From Raja brachyura (Eukaryota), in contig OY740808.1 of the NCBI GenBank assembly GCA_963514005.1, positions 2,108,001 through 2,172,000 on the forward strand: DNA of 64,000 nucleotides, read 5' to 3'. A program made the position numbers and the translations under genes. The notes under the pieces are model-generated. The model had not been told where the DNA came from, made no database searches, and saw only the letters and a program-made list of their open reading frames with translations. Below, in pieces: positions 1 through 11,080 of this stretch; the stretch's first letter is position 1, and each line of letters begins with the position of its first letter.

Positions 1-2544
1 TGTGATCTGTTCACATTAGGGTAATTAACACAAGTGCAGATTGCTGAACATCTGTGCATTTAACTCTTATGTCAGACTCTTACACACAACACACAGAAGC
101 GGAGTACAAAATAAATGCTGCCAGCGATGTCCTTCCTATCATTACACTGCACTCAAGCAGCATTACTACTCTTCATCCACCCCAGGCCACATTCACATTT
201 GTATTCTCTTGTCAAGGGGTTGGAAGCAAAGTTCGGGCAGTTTGTTTTCTAGCTCTTGCCGGTCCTGAATTATGCATGATCAATTTATCATCCCCCCCCA
301 ACTGAAAACTAATTGTGTCCCCAGGATATATTTACTAGAAATTATAGTTTGCCTTGTGAAGTCCCCAGGGTAGCTGAAAGCAGATGATGTGAGAGAAGTT
401 GAACCTTACAATACGTGCTTGATGACTTCAGCTAGGGCATGGATCTTTGATTTGCAACTTTTGTGTTTTAATTTGACAGAGATGTTTTGCTCAGTAAACA
501 AACAAGAACACTCCCGCAGAGGAAGAAAAGCCTTAATCTGATCAAAAATGTCCAAAGGCAAATGGAATTGGGAATGTGTCCTGGCTAATAGAAAACCTTG
601 TAGAGTATGTAGATAATTTGTTTATCGGTTGGGTAGCATTACATTTATGAAATTACTTTGCTCCTGGGCAATGGAAAGTGAAGAATGAGAGATGAGGAAT
701 AAAATTGCGATGGTCTTCTAGCTGCAGGGGTACTAGGATAGCGGCTTTTGCTGATAGCACGTTCACATTTGCAGCCAGACAGGCGACTGCAGATCATCTG
801 CCCTTTCATTAATCGAGAAATGGCACATTAGCAAGCACAGGTTAGCTCATCTATTCACTGATGTTCTGCATGATCAACTGCAGCCTCTATGGCTTTTTAA
901 AATATTAAATACTGATAGCTGACTTGTCTCTGCTGTCTTTGATTCCTTCCATCAATCATGCCAGCTGCAATTTTGCACCAAACCTCCATGAAGCCTCATG
1001 CTGACCCTGTCTGCTTTTGTGCAGCAAAGTGTGGATCCTTCTAATTACAAGCCAGAGCAACGCAGCAGGTGCGGAGGCTTGCTGAGCGACTTAGCCCACA
1101 CCTGATAAGGCTTTCTCGTAGGAAGAAGCGCTTACGCACTTAAGCGTGCTCACCGAGATACCTAATTATCTGTAACTCTCAGGTTGTGTAAAAGAAAAAG
1201 CTAAAGGGATGAAATAAGGAATGGTTCCCCTGCTGTGACTGCAGCTTTTCACAGCTGATTAGATCTGAGCACTGATAAAGCTGTTGGAAGCTGCCAGGAG
1301 GTGGTATGGTTTTCCTGGGGATGCAGAAGTGTAGAGAATGAGGACAGGGGAGCAGTATCCTAAAGAAGCATGGTGTCAAATAGCATGTTGAATCCTCTTG
1401 TCCTGTGGGGACACAATAGAGACAAGATTAACCCATTTACTGTTTCACTTCTCTTCTGAAATCTGGTACAGTGTGATTTCTACAATTCATCCAGAGCAAG
1501 GAAGAACTTCAAATACAATTCCATGAAGCTGAAGCAAACTGATAACAGATTAAAGAGAGCAGCATATCCCTTTAACTTGGGATAAGCTGGTTTGCCTTTC
1601 ACTGCCAAGCCTTTCATTTTTTCTCGTGCTAGCTGTTTGAGCTACAAGGCCAAAACTGAGGGAGACTTGGATTAGCTTCTGTGCTGACAATGCCTGCAGG
1701 CTGATAGCCTGGTAGGAACAGCATGAAACACAAGGCGATTGGCTTGACTTTGCCTTTTATAGTGGTATTCTAACAGCAAGAATTGAAGGCTTGCATAAAT
1801 TTTCGATGATGTCCGTCCTTAACAATTTGGGATTCTTTCATTCTCTCTCCAAATTCAGTGTTCGTAAAATTAAGATGGGAAACTTGAATTCTCTTATTGC
1901 ACTGTGGACATTAATACATCTGCCTTTTTAATTTATTTTTCCTAAAACTATAGCTTCTGAGGTAGACTAGATTAATATGCGTACATTTAGGTGTAAGTAA
2001 CATAAATTAAAAATTCTAATTGCTATGGTTAAATGTGACATGGAGATTTGTTTTTAAAAATCCTTTTGGACTGCAACTGCTCCATATATAGTAATTAATT
2101 ACATAGACTGAAGTATTAGAGATTTTACTGTGACTTAATGGAGGTTTACAATTGTGGAAATGTTGAAGTTTATGTTTAATGTTGCTTTTAATCATTTATT
2201 TTAATATACAAATTAGTCTCCAAGGAACCCTCTGCTAAATGTTTAGTGTTGCAACACACAGGATGCAATATTACTGCTATTTAACTGACATCTGTGGTTT
2301 GTAATGAGGTGAGAGACAGCCTCTTAGAAATGGCATTTCTTAAAAGCACTTTTAACTTCACCCTGACTGCAGCATGAAAGCAACTGCAGCACAACCTAGC
2401 AGCCTTTGAATCACCTTAATTTCTAATATCAAAACATTCTTAGCAAATTCAACAAAGATTTTCACTTTTCACAAATCTTGGCAGCTTAGCTGCATGATGT
2501 TTTATTATGTTTAACTGCACAAGTACAATGGCCTTCTGTCCCTT

Positions 2545-3650
2545 GACAGCACCATCATTCCCCCCAAAACCTATCACCAAGCTCAGGGAACCGGGTCTCT
2601 GCACATCCCTTTGTAACTGGATCCTCGACTTCCTCATTAACAAAACACAATCGGTACGAGGTGGCAACATTTCCTCCTCAATAACTATCAGCACAGAGGC
2701 ACCTGAAGGCTGTATGTTCAGCCCTCTGCTCTACCCGCTCTATACCTATGCCTGTCACAGTCCCAACACTATCTTTAAATTAGCTGACGACACCACTGTT
2801 GTTGGATGAATTACGGATAATGGGGAGTCAGAGTATAGGAAGGAGATCAATTGAATGGTGACAGAACAGCAACTTTGCTCTTAATGTCAGTAAAACCAAG
2901 GAACTGATTGTTGACTTTAGAAGAGGAAGGTCAAGGATTCACAAACCTGTCTTCATCATTGGGTTGGTGGTGGAGAGTGTCAACAACTTCCTTAGAACTT
3001 CTTGAGAGTTAAGTTTCTGGGCATATATATCTCTCTGAAGATCTGTCCTGGACCCAGCACATTGATGCAATCAGAAAGAAACACCATCATTGCCTCTACT
3101 TCCTTAGAAGATTGAGGAGATTCAACCCATACCACTCTGGCCACACTCTCATTTCACTCTTGCTGTCAGGAAGAAGGTATAGGAGTCTGAAAACTCCAAG
3201 GTCCAGGTTCATGAACAACTTCTTCTTTCCACCAAACATCAGGCTACTGCGAACTCCATCTAAACTATGAACTGCCTTGCTTACCCTCGGGACTTTGGAC
3301 TTTGTTTTTGCACAATATTAGGTTTTCTATTTAACTTTTTTTTGTTTGTTTATATCCATCGAGTATTGTGTTTACAAAGCCTGTTGATAAACACAAAATG
3401 CTGGTGTATTTCTGGAGAAAACAAATAGGTGACATTTCCGGTCAAGACCCTTCTTCAGACTTACAAAACCTGTTGTGCTGCTGCTGTACGAATTTTATTG
3501 GGTACACAAAATGCTGGAGAAACTCAGCGGGTGCAGCAGCATCTATGGAGCAAAGGAGATAGGCAACGTTTCGGGCCCAAACCCTTCTTCAGACTGATGG
3601 GTAAATTTCATTGTTCTGTTTCAGTCCATATGGTAATAAAACACTCTTGA
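2545..3650 (+). mobile_element. Rex1/Babar-type LINE, 5'-truncated and degenerate (RT fragment plus 3' tail), interrupted by two Penelope-repeat insertions
   Basis: ORF 2507-2809 reads LCNWILDFL...[22 protein letters not shown]...[14 protein letters not shown], matching the Rex1 RT pattern (GAPQGCVLSPLL / KFADDTT). It continues with stops and frameshifts to about 3120. Tail ...ggtaataaaacactcttga near 3650. Confidence 0.8.
3503..3598 (-). mobile_element. Solo Penelope terminal-repeat (pLTR)-derived element with intact hammerhead-like core; a more degenerate copy lies at about 3390-3460
   Basis: The minus strand of 3562-3592 reads ctgaaga-a-gggt-ttgg-gccc-gaaa-cgttgcc. The same repeat follows the GIY-YIG ORF at 35353-35478. 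Confidence 0.8.
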
Positions 3651-4989
3651 CCTGACCCATGCACTTTGCCAATATGATTGCATACTTTCAAAAGCTCTCA
3701 AATGTACTTGCTTATAGTACTGGACTTCTTTTATGTACATTACACAGAATTAACTTTTTTCTGACCTCTTTTGTCCTTTTTTCATTTAAGTAATCTTTCA
3801 ATACTGAATTTCACGTTAAAATTAAGCCTGAGAGCTTCATCTCGTAGCTAACCCGAGTTAGTTAATGATATTATACTTCAAAATAGTGCTTATTTTCAAA
3901 ACTATTGCTCTCTCCCCTCAATAACTGCATTTTCATAATTTGTGAACCATGAACCTGTATCAGGTTTGATCTACGAGCACATTAACCAGCATCAGCGGGA
4001 TGTCAGTCTCGTGGTTGCAGAGAAACGGTTTCATGCTTTCCCACACTACTGAATTATTGATTTGTATGTCAAGATAAAAAGTACTTTCCCACAGTATTGA
4101 AATTACCATTCTAGGTGGGTCACGACTAATTGCACAAATTAACCTGTCTAATTACACTCGTAACTAAGTTTTTGATGAGATGTGCAAGCTGATACTGTTG
4201 TGGATCTGATCTTTTGGCTGCATGGCCTGATAATCATGTGAGTAAAAGTGCTGTGCCAGAGTCTGGTCGGTAGCGGCGATATTAGATCTTCAGTGATACT
4301 AGATTTGTCTTTGGATGTTTTCTACATTGCTTCAAGATATAAGTGCATACAAATGTGGCATTCTTTGTAGGTTAGAAATTTAGCCAGAATATTAACATTC
4401 AAAATCTCCAGTTTGTTAGTGGGTATAAAATACTGACAATTACAGAGACTGCCTTTTAGTCTCTGCAATTACAGAGACTGCCTCATATTTCCCAGGCAAA
4501 ATTGCAAGTCAATTTATGGTGCCGGTTTTATTTTATATATTTAAAAGATTCAAATATATTCACAAAGTCTGACATTGCTGCTCATTTGTGGTCTGGTTTA
4601 AAGTCTTTGAAGATTGAAATCATAGCAGAGGAAAGGAACAGAAAGCTAACTTTAGATGCTGCAAGGATTATTCAGATTGTGTCATTCTGGTCCTGTTCTT
4701 GAAGAAAGAAAACTTATTGAAGTCATGAATTTATTACATGCCAATGTGACAAAGCTGCACTATTGCAGCTGGCTTTTGGGTTGAATATAACTCATCAGCA
4801 ACTATAGAGCTTTGCCACAGTGTAATGATTAATAACTCTTTTCTAAACCAAGATTGCTTCAAGTAGAACTGTCATATCACTCGCTGATATCACTGATGAT
4901 TACTTCTTCAAATCAACAGATAAAAATGCTTCTATTTTAACCAGATTAAAAAGTGTTAAAATATCTGATTGCATTGTAATGGAGAATTA

Positions 4990-5395
4990 TGGGCCTGTCC
5001 CACTTAGGCAATTTTTTAGGCGACTGCCGGCGACTGAGCTGTCGCCACATGGTTGCCGGCAATCGCCTATATGGTTGTGAGTCGTCTCCTCAGTTGCCCA
5101 AAGAGTCGTAGCATCTTTCTGGTTGCCGCTGGATTTTCAACATGTTGAAAATTTTTCTGAGACAGGTGGCGACAGTGGGTTTGACGCCAATGAGCGTAGC
5201 TTGACTTCTGCTGACGTAGGTGCTGTCGTAGTTGTCGCCAGGTTAACGTAGATTGTCGCCGGTGCTGACCTTTTGTTGTTAAAGTAATTATTCTATTTCA
5301 AATTTTATGTCGAAGGGGGTCCAGTCGCGGGTTTTTCGGCGACCTGCTACGACTATGACAGTTGCCTTAAAATAGCCTAAAGTGGGAAAGGCCCA
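4990..5395. mobile_element. Non-autonomous DNA transposon (MITE), probably PIF/Harbinger-like
   Basis: TIRs tgggcctgtcccacttaggc ... gcctaaagtgggaaaggccca, flanked by TTA/TAA. Internal 20-bp palindrome attttcaacatgttgaaaat at 5133-5152. Confidence 0.75.
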
Positions 5396-5398
5396 TAA

Positions 5399-5961
5399 AG
5401 GGCCTGTCCTACCAGCATCCGACTCCATGCGATGAGCGCGATCAAACTAGAAGCGGGGGCCGCGCGGAGGTCGGGTGATCCCTGTACAGGGCCGTTCCCA
5501 CCTGCATGCGGCAAGTGGGACCAAACCTGCAGCGAGGGCCGCGCGGAGGTCGGGTGAGTGGCGCAAAGTGAGGCGAACTTGGAGCGAAGTCTGAAAAGTA
5601 AGTTCGCCAGGACAGAGAGGGCCACGGAGGCACACACACAGAGGGCCACGGAGGCACACACACGGAGGGCCACGGAGGCACACACACGGAGGGCCACGGA
5701 GGCACACACACGGAGGGCCACGGAGGCACGACGTCGAGACGGTGTGTAATGCGTCGAGGCGACCACGAGCCGACAAGCCGTTGCCACGCGGAATTTTTGA
5801 GCATAGTCAGTTTTTCGGAGCCCCGCGCGATGTCGGGACGAACTCCGCACAATTCCGCACGGCTCCGGCGATCGAAGTGGGACCGGCCCCTCGACGCCGG
5901 ACGGCTCAAGCGACCACGTTAGGTCGCGCTCATCGCATAGAGTTGCATGCTGGTGGGTCAG
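5399..5961. mobile_element. Second MITE of the same TIR family, directly adjacent to the first; GC/CpG-rich; right TIR eroded
   Basis: Left end agggcctgtcctaccagcat. Right end atgctggtgggtcag (5947-5961). Separated from the previous MITE by a single TAA. Confidence 0.65.
5617..5729. repeat. 24-bp minisatellite, about 4.7 copies
   Basis: Unit gagggccacggaggcacacacac(a/g) starts at 5617, 5641, 5665, 5689 and partially at 5713. Confidence 0.95.
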
Positions 5962-6644
5962 ATGGGAGAACTCATGACGTCTCCCTTCTGGTCAACCACT
6001 AAATAGTTACTTATTTTCAACAAATGAATGACACTGTTTGCATTGAAGTTTAGATCCAGACTGAATCCAATGTTTGCTGTTTACTTTCCAAAACAAACTA
6101 GTCATAGTTCGCCGTCAACTTTGAGAGAAAAGCTTCACACCAGCTTGCTTAAAAGCTGCACCCGGAGTTTTTTCAGTGGTTTACAACTAGAGGTGATTTA
6201 TTGGTCGCAGTTTGTATGTCTTTTACATTAGAAATCAAAGGTGATATGGTCAGTTCCTAGTGTATATAAAACATATTCCACTTCCAATGTTACGAGAATA
6301 TTTAAAGACTGTTTGGGGCATCCTGAGGTCCTAAAAAACATTAAATAAATCTGTCTTTTGTTGGTGTTACTGATTTCCTCTTCCTGTCGTCTGGGTCAAT
6401 AGGTTGGTCGATTATGTATTTCCCTGTCGGGGTCACTTTCCTGTAGTCAGAAGCGTGCTCAGGAGTTGATGACATGAATAGTTTGTGACATTTTGTTTGA
6501 GGCAGTAATCGTCTCGCCTACACGTAGTTTGCTTAGTAGTTGGAATGATGCTGGAGTTCAAGAAGATGCAAGTCATTCCATCAGTCTCAATTATGACTCA
6601 GTAGGTGCATATTATTGGTTCATATGGTTGATATATGTAAACGG

Positions 6645-7010
6645 TATAAATGTGAGCAATTTGTCCTGGGCCAGCCGCATCAAAGCAATGTCCAAGCAAG
6701 CACACCAAGCCTCTACTTCCTTACAAGGCCAACAGAGTTTGGCATGTCCCCAACAACCCCCTCCAACGTCATAGAAAGCATTTTATCGAGATGCACCACA
6801 CCATGGTTGCTGAACAACTCCATCCAAGACCATAAGAAATTGTAGAGAGTTGGGAATGTTGCCCAGACTTTCACACAAACCAACCCCTCTTCCATTGACT
6901 TAATGGGAGACCTTCGAACTATCTTAATCAGACTTTATTATCACACTAAATATGATACCATTATCCTGTACCTGTATGGCTTGATTGTCATCGTGCATTA
7001 TCATGTATAG
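6645..7010 (+). mobile_element. Degenerate Rex1/Babar LINE 3' fragment
   Basis: Translates in pieces as NLSWASRIKAMSKQAHQ..LYFL..FGMSPTT..IESILSRCTTPW, resembling the Rex1 C-terminal region. Confidence 0.6.
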
Positions 7011-7543
7011 GTTTATTTTTCTTAATATGCTTCATTAATAATCACATTTCACTCCATATTACATTTTTATTCATTCACAAGATATTGGATACGTGATGAG
7101 GTGCATAATTTTTTTTAATCCAACCTGAGTGACCTTTAGCACAGTCGCTAACTGCTGTAGTCTTTGTGGTGAACCAACATACACAGTGTTGTTCAGTCAA
7201 GAGTTGCAGGATTTTGATTTTGATGATTATGAAGAGGTGGCAGGGTATTTCCAAGCCTGGCTGCTGCAGACTGACCTGTGTTTCTTTGCACCTGCCACCC
7301 TTTCTTTCTAGTGGTGCTGTCAAGGATGCCCAGGTAATTTGCAGGAATGTGTCATATTTCTATATGTTGTGCAATGCAACCATTGTTTCAGATATTGAGA
7401 ATGTTTCAGATATTGTACAAAGTGCTAATCTATTTTAAGTGTTTAGGTATTGATTGGGTACATTTGTGATGAGTTACTCTCCTGATACCGCAAACTTTAC
7501 CACCATATGTAAGGCTAGTGTGACGGAATACATGACACAAGAT

Positions 7544-8031
7544 GTAGACACAAAATGCTTGAGTAACTCAGTGGGTGAGGCAGCATCTATGGCGAGAAGG
7601 AATGGGCAACATTTCGGGTCGAGATCCTTCTTCAGACATGTGTCAGGGGAGGGACAAAGATAGACACTAGGCGGAGACAGACTAGTGGGAGAACTGGGAG
7701 GGGGAAGGAGAGAGAAAGCAAGGGCTATCTGAAGTTAGAGAAGTCAATGTTCATACCGCTGGGGTATAAAATACCCAAGCAAAATATGAGATGGTGTTCC
7801 TAAAATTTGCGCTGGGCCTTACTCTGACAATGGAGGAGGCCCAGGAGAGAAAGGTCAGATTGGGAATGGGAGGGGGTGTTGAAGTGCTGGGCCACCGGGA
7901 GTTCAGATAGGTTAAGACTGACTGAGCGGAGGTGTTCAGCAAAACGATCGCCGAGCCTACGCTTGGTCTCCCCGAAGTAGAGAAGTTGACACCTGGAACA
8001 GTGGATACAATATATGAGGTTGGAGGAGGTG
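7544..8031 (-). mobile_element. Penelope-like (Neptune-type) retroelement 3' fragment: GIY-YIG endonuclease C-terminus, 3' UTR and pLTR
   Basis: Minus strand reads TSSNLIYCIHCSRCQLLYFGETKRRLGDRFAEH...PVAQHFN...GMNIDFSNFR* (stop at 7725-7727, one internal stop). The terminal repeat follows at 7544-7640. Confidence 0.85.
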
Positions 8032-8340
8032 TCAATCTTGCGGTATCAGGATGTGAGTAACTCGCCACAATGTACCTAGTCACTGGCCTCCTCTTGTAGC
8101 CATGGTATTTAGTGTCTGGTCCAGTTGAATTTCTAAGATGTTGATGATGGGAGACTCAGCAATAGAATGATTATTGAATATCAGAATGAATGGTAAATTC
8201 TGCACTCTGATATTTTTCTCTGCACTACCTATTGTACTGTGTATGGATTAATTGTATTCTTGTATTTGACAGGGTAATGTGAAAACAAAGCTATTCCCAA
8301 GTTTCTCTGCACGTGGCATTAATAAACGAATGTGCGCAAG

Positions 8341-8610
8341 GGCCTATATTCAAATGCTAAATTACCATTTGGTGTTATGTCATCACCAATAATGTTCCAG
8401 TTGACCGTGGGCAAGATCCTATAAGGTAGAGACCATTGCCTCTGTAGTCAGGACAACCTCCTCATTGCCAATACTCCTGACAATGAAAGGTATTGATTTT
8501 TAGAAGAGGTCTTTAGATGTCTATATCATAATGGACTGATACTTGAACAAAATAAATACAGTCCCTCACCAGAAGCCATCTATCTCAAATTAAAGGTGAA
8601 TGCCAATATT
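8341..8610 (+). mobile_element. Old Ty3/Gypsy LTR-retrotransposon RT remnant
   Basis: The frame from 8341 reads GLYSNAKLPFGVMSSPIMFQLTVGKIL*GRDHCLCSQDNLLIA...LEEVFRCLYHNGL. This aligns to the Gypsy RT pattern GLF..LPFGV.SAP.IFQ..M..IL.G....YLDDIL. Stops are present, so it is absent from the ORF track. Confidence 0.7.
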
Positions 8611-8744
8611 TTACAACCAGTTATACACAAAATTGAAAATATATAGTTTCAGTGAGTCGTCATTGACATGACAAGGACATCTGCAGTTCCTTCCTATACC
8701 AAATTGTAAATGTGAAGGTTGTTGCCAGACCCTTAGTGTACTGT

Positions 8745-8872
8745 GTAGGAAAGAACTGCAGATACTGGTTTCAATCAAAGGTAGACACAAAATGCTGGCG
8801 TAACTCAGCAGGACAAGCAGCATCTCTGGAGAGAAGGAATGGGTGAAGTTTTGCGTCAAGACCCTTCTTCAG
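8745..8872 (-). mobile_element. Solo pLTR-derived element
   Basis: gaactgcagatactgg...gtagacacaaaatgctgg...aactcagc...gcagcatctctggagagaaggaatgggtga...acccttcttcag. Confidence 0.8.
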
Positions 8873-10026
8873 AATTATCTTAATATACTGAGTACACCTT
8901 AGTATACTGAATATTAATTGATAAAGATCTAGAAAATTTAGAGTTAACCTGTACAATCTTAACTACCCCAGCTCTAGGGAGATCGGACCTAGCTGAATTC
9001 TTCATCTTCAGTAATTAGTTTTTTCTGAATGGGCTATGTCATCTATTGGTGCTATTAGCTTTGTTTTTCTACCGTCAGCACAACCTGACCTGATGGCATA
9101 AACTGAAATGTTAACTCTTTCTCTTTCCTTAAATACTGCCTGACCAAATTAATAGCATTTATTTTAGTCTTTATGTACATTCATTCGAAGTGGATTGAAA
9201 TCAGATGAGGGGTTGTGTATAACAAACATAAAACTGAGGGTTTAAGATTGATTTTTGCAAGGCATGATGTACGTTAAGAGTTATTTATAATATTGGACTT
9301 CAGTTCATGTCATTGTCTATTTAATAATCCATGAGTTGTACTTGTGATCGGTAGTGATTCCCAAAATGCTGATTGTGGGAGACTTGATGATGCCATTGAA
9401 TGTCCAGGGTTGATGGTTCGATTCTTTTTGAGAAGGTCATCATGCGACACTTTTGGGGTCGTTATTACTTGCCACATTCAGCCCACGCCAGAATGGGAAG
9501 GTCTTGCTGCAGCAAGCTTCATTTATGAATGAAGTTGCGAATGGAATTGGGTATTGTGCAATTGTTACCAAACATTCCCACTTCTGACCTTATAAATTGA
9601 ACCCAGTAGAGCTTTTGTCCAACTGCTGCAGTGACCCAGATTCAATCCCAACCTCGAGTGGTATTTATAATTCTTCTATGGGTTTCCTATGGATACTCTT
9701 ATTTCCTCTTGCCTCACAAAAACATGTTGGCATAAAATTGGTTACTTTAAATTGCACTTAATGTGGAAGTGGTAGGATCTGGGGGGGGAGGGGGGGGATG
9801 TTTGAAATCATGGGAATGTGAACAGTTTACAGAAACCAGTCAGTCTGCTCTCCACTGTACACCTGTGGAAGTTCAATTATACTGTTCAGTGTCGTGCTGA
9901 ATCTCCCCAAAGTTCTGACGAAGTAGAGCTTGATGTGTTTGCTGGAAGATCACTTTGTATTTTTAGTTCAGTTTTGTAGTTTCACCAGGTTGACTCTTTT
10001 TGATTCAGTGTCTGGATCCTCTTCAA

Positions 10027-11080
10027 CATGGTATTGGGGGTAAGGTATTGACATGGATAGAAAATTGGTTGGCAGACAGGAAACAAAGAGTCGGAATTAA
10101 CTGGTCCCTTTCAGAATGGCAGGCAGTGACTAGTGGGGTGCCGCAAGGCACGGTGCTGGGACCACAGCTATTTACAATATAAATTATTTAGATCAAGGAA
10201 TTAAAAGTAACATTAGCAAATTTGCAGATACAAAGCTGGGTGGCAGTGTGAACTGTGAAGAGGATACTATGAGGATACAGGGTGACTTGGATAGGTTGGG
10301 TGAGTGGGCAGATGCATGGCAGATGCAGTATAATGTGGATAAAAGTGAGATTATCCACTTTGGTGGCAAGAACAAGAAAGACTATTATCTGAATGGTGTC
10401 AGATTAGGAAAAGGAGAAGTGCAACGAGACCTGGGTGTCCTCGTACATCAAGCCACTGAAAGTAACCATGCAGTTATAGCAGGCAGTAAAGAAAGCTAAT
10501 GGCATGTTGGCCTTCATAACAAGAGGATTTGAGTATAGGAGCAAATAGGTCATTCTGCAGCTCTACATGACGTTGGGGAGACCACACCTGGAGTATTATG
10601 TGCAGTTTTGGTCTCCTAATTTAAGGAAAAACATTCTTGCTATTGATGGAGTGCAGCGTAGGTTCACAAGGTTAATTGCCGGGATGGCGGGACTGTCATA
10701 TGATGAAAGAATGGAACGACTGGGCGTGTATTCACTGGAATTTAGAAGGAAGAGAGGGGATCTTATGGAAATATATAAAATTATTAAGGGATTGGTCAAG
10801 CTAGAAGCGGGAAACATGTTCCCATTGTTGGGGGAGTCCAGAACCAGGGGCCACAGTTTAAGAATAAGGGGTAGGCCATTTAGAACTGAGATGAGGAAAA
10901 CATTTTTCGCCCCGAGATATGTGGAATTCTCTGCCTCAGTAGGCAGTGGAGGCCAATTCACTGGATGCATTCAAAAGAGATGGGCTAGTGGAATCAAGGG
11001 ATATGGGGAGAAGGCAGGAACGGGGTACTGATTGCGGATGATCAGCCATGATCACGTTGAATAACGGTGGTGGCTTGAAC
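10027..11080 (+). mobile_element. CR1 LINE, 5'-truncated, frameshifted RT and C-terminus plus 3' UTR
   Basis: ORF pieces WIENWLADRKQRV...VTSGVPQGTVLGPQLFTI, WADAWQMQYNVDK, RPHLEYYVQFWSP...VQRRFTRLI...RTRGHSLRI. Confidence 0.92.

Noticed and set aside
5617-5729. Possible CRISPR-like array (also 51474-51659)
   Set aside because: Head-to-tail repeats without unique spacers, in vertebrate DNA, with no cas genes.
5377-6002. Overlapping 100-157 aa ORFs on both strands
   Set aside because: Produced by GC-rich MITE sequence and a stop-free 24-bp minisatellite; no protein motif.
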